64,000 bases of DNA. Source: Bacillota bacterium (lineage in GTDB: Bacteria; Bacillota; Sulfobacillia; Sulfobacillales; JAIMBI01). Within the stretch, counting starts at the first letter, position 1. Each line of letters opens with the position of its first letter. The DNA is taken from NCBI GenBank assembly GCA_021797815.1, contig JAJZYZ010000007.1, positions 3,118-67,117 on the forward strand, written 5' to 3'. The translations under genes were made by a program, and so were the position numbers. Shown in pieces: positions 28,140 to 36,948 of this stretch. Below the pieces are notes generated by a model that was not told the DNA's origin, did not search any database, and saw only the letters and a program-made list of their open reading frames with translations.

Positions 28140-29044
28140 CCTCAGCCCGGCTGGCTTCTGCAGCATGGATGACAGGTCTCATCCCGAAACTCGCCAACGC
28201 CCAGTCTCCATGTCTGTGCGACACAGTGACTGCCCGCACTGGCCCGAGACGTGTGGGAAGCCACCGGCACAAGGGGCTCGCTTGCAAACGACAGCCAGGG
28301 TCTGGCGGCGCTCGTGGCCGCGTCGAACGGCCAGAGATCCACACGACGTGCCGCCGTGGTACGATCCGGCGCCGCGCGTGCTCCGAGACTGGACAGCACG
28401 TGACGCTCCCGAGGCCGCCAGCAGGCATCCCTCGCCCGGCCGGCCTTCAGTGTGAAACGGTCGTGGGGACACCCGGGGCCGGGGATGCGTGCGGCACCTT
28501 CGTGTGGCCCGGCCTCTCGAGCACCCAGTGCGGCGATGCCGGCTCCCGGTCCATCGCGGCAGCGGCGGACCCGAATCTACCCTCAGCGGCATATCCGATC
28601 CCGGCGGTTCGGATGATTTTGCTCGCGCTTCCCGATCTCACCGTCATTCTCACCGTTCCCCCACGAGCGCCATCCCCGATTACGGGACGATTCCCTGCCG
28701 CGAGGCGCCCTGCCGACACTTGGATTCACCGCTTTAGATTGTGTCGTTTGGATTCTCTCTCTTTGTCCTGCCGGAGGCGTTCCCCCACTCCCGGAGCCGA
28801 CCGACTACGGACTGCGCCCGCGGGCGTTGTCGGTCAGTTCGCGGGGTGCAGGCGAATAGTGAGGCCCTCCGTCAGCGTCGCAGCGCCGAGGACGATGCCT
28901 TTCAGAACATCGCCGCCATGAACGGATGCCGGCTTTTCTTCGACAACCTCGAGGCCCACGGCACTTTCCACGGCACGGCAGCGTGCCACCAAGAGTGGCG
29001 CATTCGGTCATAATGAGCCCGGAGGGGTTGCCATCGTCGCCGAA

Positions 29045-29614
29045 GTGCCGGTCGTGGACCGCCATGGCGCTCCCCTGACCCCATGCTCGCCCGCCAAAGC
29101 CGAGGAAAACCTCCTCCTGGGGCTCGCCGACATGGTGGATGGGACGCTCAAGCTGCGTTACGCCCCCATGGCCTATCGGTCGGTGTTTCGCGCCGTGGTA
29201 AGACGCGACCGTTTCCAGTGCGCCTGGTGCGGGACCCCGGGATCCACGGTCGATCACCTGGTACCGGTATCGCGCGGGGGCCAGTCCCGCCTCGACAACT
29301 GCGTCGTCGCCTGCCGTTCGTGCAACCATTCCCGCAACAACCGTCTGCCGTCGGCCTTCGCGCACGCGACCGGCATGACGCCCGTCCACGAGCTGCTGCG
29401 CTGGTTCCTGCAGCATGAGGCCCGCCTGGTGCGAGAGGCGGAACAGGCTCTCATGATGCGGCCCGTCTCGCACTGCCGCAGCAAAGAAGAAGCCGCCGTA
29501 TGGGCGCAGGCGCACCGCGGGCAGGCGCTGGCGGCCCCTCCCGCCCTTGACGAGCCGCTCGTGACCCGCCTGAAGACGGACGTCCGGGTGAACCACGAGC
29601 TTTATCTGCCCTGA
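29045..29614 (+). CDS. PLMP-like N-terminal domain + HNH endonuclease (IshB-like mini-protein)
   Basis: The N-terminus VPVVDRHGAPLTPCSPAKAEENLLLGLADMV resembles the IscB PLMP domain. The HNH motif is CAWCG..VDHLVPVSRGG..DNCVVACRSCNHSRNN. There is no RuvC-like segment. The start is GTG with a weak SD. Confidence 0.8.
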   Translation: MPVVDRHGAPLTPCSPAKAEENLLLGLADMVDGTLKLRYAPMAYRSVFRAVVRRDRFQCAWCGTPGSTVDHLVPVSRGGQSRLDNCVVACRSCNHSRNNRLPSAFAHATGMTPVHELLRWFLQHEARLVREAEQALMMRPVSHCRSKEEAAVWAQAHRGQALAAPPALDEPLVTRLKTDVRVNHELYLP

Positions 29615-30228
29615 CTCTCGTTCAGACATGGCTTCACAGGTGCGCACTACCGCACAGTTGGCGATGGCATCCCCATGGCCACGCGCCGTCGGGGCGTGTG
29701 GATGGCTCCTCCCAGAGCGTTGCCTCACCGGGAGGGGCCGGCGTTCCAAAACGGGACAACGGAACAGAGGAAGCCTGATGGCTCACCCGTTCCGTGTTTA
29801 GTGCCGGCAACTTCATGGATCCGCGCCTATCAATTCAGGCAGAGGGAACGCCCCGATGACGGCGGGGCCGTCGGCCCTTAGGCGCGGCGCCAACTCCGGC
29901 GAGAGTATTTCTCGGTACATGGGAAGCGTGTGGGAAGGCCGCCTCCCGGGCTCACTTTGGTGAGAGACGGCCGTCGTGGTGCGTGTCGCGCTGTCGGGAC
30001 ATATGGGGCGAGACGCGTCTGTCCGGGATCGCGCCCCCCGGCTGCGGGGTGAGGCACCGGGTCGGGATCCGTTTTGTCCGGGACCGGATCACCGAGTATC
30101 CCTTTGATGCCCAAGGGCAGCTCGAGGCGTTGGCGGACATGGCATACGTCATCACGGATCGGCTCCGCGCAGCACGGGAGCCTCGCATTTCGGGCGCGTG
30201 GCCTCAACCGAAGCGCCGCATCCGGCGC

Positions 30229-31875
30229 CTACATGTTTTCGGGAATCTCGACACCGATGAGGCCAGTCGCGGTCTCCAGCACCGCAAGGACGGCCCGGAC
30301 CAGCCGGAGCCGCGCGCGGACCGTGTCCGCCTCCCCGCCCAGCACCCGGTGCTGGCGGTAAAAGCCGTGAAAGTGGCCCGCGAACTCCACCAGGTAGCGG
30401 GTCAGGAAATGCGGCGAGAGTTCTCGTGCGGCGCGGTCCACCACGTCGGGAAACGACGCCAGGTCCCAAAGGAGCGCCCGCTCCTCGTCCGAGGTCATCG
30501 GGGCGGCGGGCCCGTCGCCGACCGTCTCATGCGCTGCCTGCCGCAGGATGGAGCGGATGCGCGCGCCTGCGTACTGAACGTAGAAGACGGGGTTCGCCTG
30601 TGTGTTGAGGAGGGCCAGTCCGAGGTCAAAATCAAGCGGCGTCTCCGACGCCCGCTCGATGAAGAAGAAGCGGGCGGCGTCGACGCCGGCCTCGTCCAGA
30701 AGCTCCGTCAGCTCGACAAACTCCCCGCCGCGTTTGGACATGCGCACGGCTTCCTGGCCGCGCATGAGCCGCACCAGCTGGACAATCAGAACCAACAGCC
30801 GTGAGCCCTGGCCCGACAGGGCCTCCAGGATGGCGGTGATCCGGCTCACGTATCCGTGGTGGTCAGGCCCCAGGAGATCGATGAGCCGTTCGTAGCCCCG
30901 GTTTACCTTGTCCCAGTGATAGGCGGCGTCGGGCACGATATAGGTGAGCGACCCGTCGCTCTTCACCACCACCCGATCTTTGTCGTCCCCGAACGCGGTC
31001 GAGCGAAACCACACCGCCCCGTCCTGGTCGTAGAGATGCCCGCTCTCGCGGAGGGCGGCGATGACCCCCTCGGCCGCCCCGCTCTCGCGAAACCGCCGCT
31101 CCTCGGCCCACGAATCGTAATGGACCCGGAACCGTTCCAGCACCTCTCGCTGCCGGTCGGTGAAGAAGTCGGCGGCGAATGCGCCTAGAACCTCGTGACT
31201 CCTCGGCGCGTCTGCCCCCCGCTGGTCAAGATAGGCACGCGCCACGTCCCGAACGTAGGCGCCCGGGTACACGCCCTCCGGCCACGTGCTCTCCACCTCT
31301 TCACCAAAAAGTTCCCGAATACGCAGGTCCACCGCCTGGCCCAGCTTTAAAATCTGGACACCGGCGTTGTTCAGATAAAACTCTTTGTCCGCCCGCCAGC
31401 CGGTGAAATTAAGCAGCCGGGCGAGGCTGTCACCGAGCGCCGCGGCACGGCCGCTGACCACGTTCAACGGTCCGGTGGGATTCGCCGACACAAACTCCAG
31501 CAGGACCCGAGCGCCCTGTCCCTCGTCGCTGCGGCCGAAGGACCGGGGGTTTTCCAGCACGTCGTCGAGAATCCCGGCCAGAAACTCCACCCGGAGCCAG
31601 ACGTTCACATACCCGGGCCCGTCGGCCTGCAAGGCCCGGACGGCCGGATGCCCGGAAAATCGGGCACTCATCTCGGCGGCAATGTCGCGAGGACTCTTTC
31701 GAAGCGTGCGGGCGAGGCCGAAGGCCACGCTGGTGGCAAGGTCCGCCCGTCCCGCTTCCGTCGGTTCCGACAGCACCACGGGAGTGCCGGGCGGTGCCCC
31801 GAGGTCCTGGATGATGGCCTCGAGTGCCGCCTCCAGTTCATGACGGACCTGAGAGAGCCGGGACCGCTCAGCCAT
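30229..31875 (-). CDS. argS: Arginine--tRNA ligase
   Basis: SANPTGPLNVVSGR is the HIGH-region equivalent and RMSKRGG is KMSK-like. The DALR anticodon-binding C-terminus ends ..GVEIPENM. Confidence 0.95.
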   Translation of the reverse strand: MAERSRLSQVRHELEAALEAIIQDLGAPPGTPVVLSEPTEAGRADLATSVAFGLARTLRKSPRDIAAEMSARFSGHPAVRALQADGPGYVNVWLRVEFLAGILDDVLENPRSFGRSDEGQGARVLLEFVSANPTGPLNVVSGRAAALGDSLARLLNFTGWRADKEFYLNNAGVQILKLGQAVDLRIRELFGEEVESTWPEGVYPGAYVRDVARAYLDQRGADAPRSHEVLGAFAADFFTDRQREVLERFRVHYDSWAEERRFRESGAAEGVIAALRESGHLYDQDGAVWFRSTAFGDDKDRVVVKSDGSLTYIVPDAAYHWDKVNRGYERLIDLLGPDHHGYVSRITAILEALSGQGSRLLVLIVQLVRLMRGQEAVRMSKRGGEFVELTELLDEAGVDAARFFFIERASETPLDFDLGLALLNTQANPVFYVQYAGARIRSILRQAAHETVGDGPAAPMTSDEERALLWDLASFPDVVDRAARELSPHFLTRYLVEFAGHFHGFYRQHRVLGGEADTVRARLRLVRAVLAVLETATGLIGVEIPENM

Positions 31876-32746
31876 GGGAGTGCTCCCCGGTCACCAGAAG
31901 GGCGGTTTCCCGGACGAGTTTGGCTGCCAGCAGGGCCGAGCGCAGAGACGGATCGGCCGCCGGCATCGTCTCCACGATATCGGCACCGACAATGTGTTGA
32001 CCACGCAGGGCCGAAAGCGCCATGAATCCCTCCCGCGGCGTGATGCCGCCCGGCTCCGGCGTCCCCGTGCCCGGCATGAAGGCCGGATCGAAGACGTCTA
32101 CATCGATCGTGAGGTAGATGGGCCGTCCCGCCCAGGCATCAAGCATGGGCAGGAGGGGCTGCAGGACGTCGTCGGGGAACAGATGCGTATGGGCCCTGCC
32201 CCAGGCCAACTCCTCCGCCGTCCCCGAGCGAATGCCGAACTGGTAGACCCGCCCGTCTCCAACCAGCTCCGCCACGCGGCGCAGCACGGTGGCATGCGAA
32301 AACCGTTCCTCCAGATACGTGTCCCGGAGATCGGCATGGGCGTCCCAATGCACGACCAGGAGATCGGGCCAGGCGCGAAGGGCAGCCGTGATGAGCGGCA
32401 ACGTGATGAGATGCTCACCGCCGAGAGCCAGGAGCCGCTTTCCGCGGGCCAGCAGGTCGGCCGCCGCGTCCTCAATGAGGGCGAGGCTTTTCGACACGTT
32501 GCCGATGGGCAGTTCGAGATCACCCGCATCGTAGAGCGCCCGTTCTGTGAGATCCGCATCCTGCAGGGGCGAATAGGTCTCAAGGCCGTAAGATGCCTCG
32601 CGAATTCGGGGCGGGCCAAAGCGCGACCCCGCCTGAAACGACGCGGTAAAATCCATGGGAACCCCGCCCAGCACCCAGCGCGCCTGTGTGAAGTCGGCGT
32701 CGAATCCGAGAAAGCGGTCCGTGCGCTGGAAGCCGGCGATGGTCAT
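31868..32746 (-). CDS. speB: Agmatinase (ureohydrolase family)
   Basis: GGEHLITLP, HWDAHADL and LTIDVDVFDPAFMPGTGTPEPGG are Mn-binding ureohydrolase motifs. The ATG at 32746 overlaps the speE stop as ATGA. Confidence 0.9.
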   Translation of the reverse strand: MTIAGFQRTDRFLGFDADFTQARWVLGGVPMDFTASFQAGSRFGPPRIREASYGLETYSPLQDADLTERALYDAGDLELPIGNVSKSLALIEDAAADLLARGKRLLALGGEHLITLPLITAALRAWPDLLVVHWDAHADLRDTYLEERFSHATVLRRVAELVGDGRVYQFGIRSGTAEELAWGRAHTHLFPDDVLQPLLPMLDAWAGRPIYLTIDVDVFDPAFMPGTGTPEPGGITPREGFMALSALRGQHIVGADIVETMPAADPSLRSALLAAKLVRETALLVTGEHSHG

Positions 32747-33570
32747 TCCATAAGCTCCCGTACCATCGGGGGTAGCACAAACGCCGCCGCCTGTACCTCG
32801 GCGGTCCAGTAGCGGGTGTCGAGGCCGCTTACCTGACGCGGAGTCGCGAGCGGTTTCTTGCTCCCCAGTCCGAACGTCCATAGGCCGGTGGGATAGGTGG
32901 CAACCGCCCCGAGGTAGAGGGTGACCGTGGGAAACGCGCTTCGAAGTCCCCGCTGCACCTTCTTCACCAATTCCGGCTCCAAAAGCGGTGACTCCGACTG
33001 GGCGACCACGATCCCATCCTCACCGAGCGCTGCAAACACCGACTGATAAAAGGCCGGGCCGAACAGACCTTCCGCCGGCCCCACGGGGTCGGTGGAGTCG
33101 ACAATGATGACGTCGAACTTGGCCGCCGCCTCCTGGATGAAGCGAATGCCGTCGGTCACGTGCAGATGAGCCCGGGCGTAGTCGAACGCGACCGACAGCG
33201 CCGGAAAGAAGTCGCGCGATGCCGCCATCACGCGCTCGTCAATCTCGACGAGGTGAGCCTCTTCCACCTCCGGATGCTTCAGAACCTCACGCAGCACACC
33301 GCCGTCTCCCCCACCGATGATTCCGACCCGCCGGGGGTGGGGATGGAGGCTCAACGGCACATGCGCCATCATCTCGTGATAGACGAACTCGTCGCGGTCC
33401 GTGGTCTGGATGGCTCCGTCCAGCACCAGCACCCGTCCGTACGCGTCGGTGTCGAGCACCAGAAGCTCCTGGAATGGAGTGGTCTCCTGGCGCAGCACCG
33501 CCTTGACCCGTAGTCCGAGTGTTACGTCATCGGTCTGGAATTCGGTAAACCACACGTTATCGGCCATCAA
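32743..33570 (-). CDS. speE: Spermidine synthase
   Basis: VLVLDGAIQTTDRDEFVYHEMMAHVPL, IIGGGDGGVLREVLKH and IIVDSTDPVGPAEGLF are present. Confidence 0.95.
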   Translation of the reverse strand: MMADNVWFTEFQTDDVTLGLRVKAVLRQETTPFQELLVLDTDAYGRVLVLDGAIQTTDRDEFVYHEMMAHVPLSLHPHPRRVGIIGGGDGGVLREVLKHPEVEEAHLVEIDERVMAASRDFFPALSVAFDYARAHLHVTDGIRFIQEAAAKFDVIIVDSTDPVGPAEGLFGPAFYQSVFAALGEDGIVVAQSESPLLEPELVKKVQRGLRSAFPTVTLYLGAVATYPTGLWTFGLGSKKPLATPRQVSGLDTRYWTAEVQAAAFVLPPMVRELME

Positions 33571-33616
33571 AACCTCCCCGGATACCCGCCTGGCGACGCC
33601 TCACGGCGTCCACGGC

Positions 33617-34078
33617 CTAGCTCCAAAGCACACAGGCGGCAAGTGCGCAGCCGATGTGCTCGACCCTGTACTCGACGCCGCTCACGAGCACCCGCGTGAG
33701 CCGCCGCTCGCGATAGGAGAACGCCTCCTCTACCATACTCCGCACCGCATCCTCCGCCTCTTGCCGGCTGACCCTCCCGGAGAACTCCATGATGACCCCG
33801 TACTCGCCCGGATCCCCAATGCCCACCGCCACGGCGGCGGCGATGAGCTCCCCGGGATGCTCCGAGGTGATGGCACCGTAGGCTGTCGGGACCAAAGACC
33901 CCGGTGCAATTTGCGGGTGGCTCTCCTCCTGGGCATGCGGCGGGAGAATGGAACTCACCTTCAGAAGATTCACGTTGCCGATGCCCGCATGGAGCAGGGC
34001 TCGATCAAAAGCGGTCAGGCGGGTGTCGGCCTCCGCCGCACCGGCCACCAGAACAAACTTTCGCGGGGTATCCAACAC
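33617..34078 (-). CDS. pdaD: Pyruvoyl-dependent arginine decarboxylase
   Basis: FDRALLHAGIGNVNLLKVSSILPP contains the self-cleavage Ser-Ser site. At 153 aa, it has the typical PvlArgDC size. Confidence 0.9.
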   Translation of the reverse strand: MLDTPRKFVLVAGAAEADTRLTAFDRALLHAGIGNVNLLKVSSILPPHAQEESHPQIAPGSLVPTAYGAITSEHPGELIAAAVAVGIGDPGEYGVIMEFSGRVSRQEAEDAVRSMVEEAFSYRERRLTRVLVSGVEYRVEHIGCALAACVLWS

Positions 34079-34290
34079 CGATCAGGGCCTCCCTCGTCTC
34101 GTCGACCGTGGGAAGCCCGCGGTCAGATCCGAATCATTATACGGACCACCGGATGGCGCCGCAATGGCGCTGTCGTGCGGACGCCATGCGTCACCTGGCC
34201 GTGTCGCAGACACCGTCCAAAACAGCCTCGTCATAGACCGAGTGTCCGGTCCACCAAGTGCAACGTGTCAGGGGCACCTAATTCAGAGGG

Positions 34291-34327
34291 GGCATGACAA
34301 CTCCAATTGACATGCCGACGTCTTTTC
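34291..34327 (+). promoter_or_regulatory. Terminator-like hairpin plus T-run in the leader of the molybdate/tungstate-type ABC operon
   Basis: GGCATG..(loop)..CATGCC (34291-34316) is followed by GACGTCTTTTCG. It lies about 30 nt upstream of the RBS (GAGGAGAGGG) of the binding-protein gene. Confidence 0.4.
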
Positions 34328-34354
34328 GTTACAGTTCCCGCGAGGAGAGGGTGA

Positions 34355-35299
34355 ATGAAGTTCGCTGCCGGTGCGGGGGCCGCAATGGCCGCCGCCGTTC
34401 TTCTGGCCGGGTGCGGATCTGCGCCCGCAAGTTCGTCGTCCGTCGTCAACGTCCCCTACGCCGCATCGCTGGCCTATATCATGGACCAGCAGGTCGGGCC
34501 GGCCTATCAAAAAGCCACCCATGTCACGTACCAGGGGCGTGCCGGCACCTCGCTGTCGCTGGTCCACCTGATTGCCGCCAACACCATTCCCGCCGATGTG
34601 TTCTTGAGTGTGGGTGCAGGCCCTATCAAGGATCTGGGCCAGAAGGCGCCCTGGGCCATCGGATTCGCGTCGGCGCCCCTCGTGCTCGCGTACAATCCGA
34701 AAAGCCCCTACGCGGGCGAGCTTGAGGCCATCGCCCATGGCCAGAAGCCTTTTCGCGATCTGTTCCAGATTCTCGCGCAGCCGGGCTTCAAGCTCGGTCG
34801 CACGAATCCCAACACGGACCCCCAGGGACAGGCATTCTATATGATGGTGGAGCTGGCTCAAAAGCTTTACGGACTGCCGTCAGGGAGCGTGCAAAAGATC
34901 TTGGGCCCGCTCGACAATCCCCGCGAAGTGTACTCGGAAACGGGCATCCTGACGGAACTGCAGGCCGGAAACCTGGACGCCACCAGCGCGTTCTTGCCGG
35001 AGGCCAAGGAGCATCATCTCCCCTACCTCATCCTGCCTCCGGCGCTGAACTTCGCCGATCCCGCCGACGGGGCTTTTTACAACCAGGCGTCGGTGCGCAT
35101 CACGGGAGGGAAGCTCATCCGCGGAGCCCCCATCACGATCGATCTGACCGTCGTGAATGGGAGCGCCGCCGGCATCAAGTTTGCCCGTTACGTTCTTACG
35201 CACCCGCACTACTGGACGCAAGACGGCTACACCGTTATCAGTCCCCTGTATTCGGGTCGGGTCGGCAGCATTCCGCATGCGCTCCGCAGTATCCGTTAG
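34355..35299 (+). CDS. ABC transporter substrate-binding lipoprotein, molybdate/tungstate (WtpA/ModA-like)
   Basis: The lipobox is LLAGC|GS. GRTNPNTDPQGQAFY resembles the WtpA oxyanion-binding block. It is the first gene of a binding protein-permease-ATPase operon. Confidence 0.8.
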   Translation: MKFAAGAGAAMAAAVLLAGCGSAPASSSSVVNVPYAASLAYIMDQQVGPAYQKATHVTYQGRAGTSLSLVHLIAANTIPADVFLSVGAGPIKDLGQKAPWAIGFASAPLVLAYNPKSPYAGELEAIAHGQKPFRDLFQILAQPGFKLGRTNPNTDPQGQAFYMMVELAQKLYGLPSGSVQKILGPLDNPREVYSETGILTELQAGNLDATSAFLPEAKEHHLPYLILPPALNFADPADGAFYNQASVRITGGKLIRGAPITIDLTVVNGSAAGIKFARYVLTHPHYWTQDGYTVISPLYSGRVGSIPHALRSIR

Positions 35300-36032
35300 G
35301 CGGGCCGCTCCGGTCGTCCTGATCGTCGTCCTGGGGCTCCTTCTGCTGGCGCCGGCTCTGGTACTGCTGGTGTACGGAATCCGTGACTGGGGCCTTATCC
35401 CCCCGGCCACACTCCGGCCGCTCGGAACCACTTCGCTCGGGTCGTCGGCCTTTGCGCTGCTTATTACGGCGGCCGGCGGCCTGCCCCTGGCCTGGTATCT
35501 CTCAAACCTGCCGCGCCGCCTGCGGTTCCTGGCGGAGGGCCTCCTCGCCGTACCTCTCTTGCTCCCGCCTCTGGTCGTGGGTCTGACCCTTGCCTTCTTG
35601 CTCGGCCCGGAGAGTCTCACCCATCTGGCCTGGACGAATACCTTCTGGGGACTTGTCGTGGCTGAGGTTTATGAGGCAGCCCCCTATTTTGTATTTGTCG
35701 CGTGGGCGGGCTTCGGGGGCGTTCCCCTCCTGTATCGGGAGGTGGCCCGGTCTCTCGGCTGGCGGCCCTGGCGTGTGTTCTCCCGGGTGACGCTGCCCCT
35801 GGCCTCGCCAAACCTGGCCGTCGGCGCCGCCATGGCCTGGAGCCGCGCCATCGGCGCCTTCGGCGCGCCCATCGTCGTGAGCTACCACCCCCAGGGCCTG
35901 CCGGTGGGACTATGGGTGGTACTGGAGGAATTTGGGCTGCCGCAGGCGCTTCCATTGGCCCTCCTGCTGGTCATCGTGGCACTGCCGCTCCCTATTGGCG
36001 CCCTCATCTGGTCTCGTCATGCTGCACGTTGA
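35277..36032 (+). CDS. ABC transporter permease (ModB/CysTW-type)
   Basis: The EAA-loop region is YREVARSLGWRPWRVFSRVTLPLASPNL. There are six predicted helices. It overlaps the upstream gene by 23 nt. Confidence 0.85.
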   Translation: MRSAVSVRRAAPVVLIVVLGLLLLAPALVLLVYGIRDWGLIPPATLRPLGTTSLGSSAFALLITAAGGLPLAWYLSNLPRRLRFLAEGLLAVPLLLPPLVVGLTLAFLLGPESLTHLAWTNTFWGLVVAEVYEAAPYFVFVAWAGFGGVPLLYREVARSLGWRPWRVFSRVTLPLASPNLAVGAAMAWSRAIGAFGAPIVVSYHPQGLPVGLWVVLEEFGLPQALPLALLLVIVALPLPIGALIWSRHAAR

Positions 36033-36948
36033 CCTCGTGGTCTCCATTCATGGCCACGGTCCTCGACATCTGCGGGCGGATATCCCGCAGGGGGGAACCC
36101 TGGCTCTCTTTGGTCCCTCCGGGAGCGGCAAGACCACGCTGTTGAGGGCGCTGGCCGGGTTCCACGAGGCGCGGGGCACACTCTCATGGGACGGCCGCGA
36201 GCTTATCACCGAGCCGGTGGAGACGCGTCCGTTCGCCTGGATGCCCCAGGCCCCGAGTCTCTTTCCACACTGGACCCTCCTCCGCCAGCTGGTGGAGGCC
36301 CGTCCGGGCCGCACTGCCGATGCCCGCCTCGACACTCTTATCTCCGCCCTTGGCCTCACGACACTGACAGACCGCCCGGGACGGCGCCTCTCGGGCGGCC
36401 AGCAACAGCGTGGTGAGCTTGCGCGAGCACTTGCGCGCGACCCGGATGTCCTTCTCCTGGATGAGCCGTTCTCTGCCCTCGACGCCCCCACCCGCAGCGC
36501 CATCGGCGCGTTTCTGCGCGATCTCCTGCGCTCGGAAGAAAAATCCATGGTGCTGGCCAGCCACGACTGGAACGACGTCGAGGCCTGGGCGGATGAGGTG
36601 ATTCTGCTCGACCAGGGGCAGACGGTGGCCCAGGGTGAGCCGGGCGCGCTGTACGCGGCCCCACCCAACTGGCCGGCGGCGCGCATGATGGGGTTTGAGT
36701 GCCGGATTGGCAACCGGGCCCTTCATCCAGACCTGGCGGAGTGGTCCACACCCCACGGGTGTCCCGTGGTGCTGACCGGTCGGGTCGGCGACGTGACCCC
36801 GCACGGTGCCGGTGTCCGTGTCACCATATCTTGCGCCGACGGGACCACGGTTCGCGCTTCGGTCCCGCGCGGTGTCTCCCGCCCCGCGATGGGGGACAGG
36901 GTCGAGGTCGGTTTTCACGCCCCGGAGGTGGTGGATGATGTCTCTTGA
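36019..36948 (+). CDS. ABC transporter ATP-binding protein with C-terminal TOBE-like domain
   Basis: Walker A is GPSGSGKTT, the signature is LSGGQQQRGELARAL and Walker B is VLLLDEPFSALD. The C-terminal beta-rich segment is GRVGDVTPHGAGVRVTI. Confidence 0.85.
   Translation: MLHVDLVVSIHGHGPRHLRADIPQGGTLALFGPSGSGKTTLLRALAGFHEARGTLSWDGRELITEPVETRPFAWMPQAPSLFPHWTLLRQLVEARPGRTADARLDTLISALGLTTLTDRPGRRLSGGQQQRGELARALARDPDVLLLDEPFSALDAPTRSAIGAFLRDLLRSEEKSMVLASHDWNDVEAWADEVILLDQGQTVAQGEPGALYAAPPNWPAARMMGFECRIGNRALHPDLAEWSTPHGCPVVLTGRVGDVTPHGAGVRVTISCADGTTVRASVPRGVSRPAMGDRVEVGFHAPEVVDDVS

Noticed and set aside
28121-28921. 266-aa plus-strand ORF upstream of the HNH gene
   Set aside because: The translation is Arg/Pro/Cys-rich. 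My hand tally of G+C by codon position shows a second position as G/C-rich as the third, unlike real genes here.
28834-28992. ~52-codon minus-strand frame (..VESAVGLEVVEEKPASVHGGDVLKGIVLGAATLTEGLTIRLHPAN)
   Set aside because: It looks protein-like, but it has no SD. The plus-strand frame with the same codon boundaries (28741-29013) has the higher third-position G+C. Neither is supported well enough to call.
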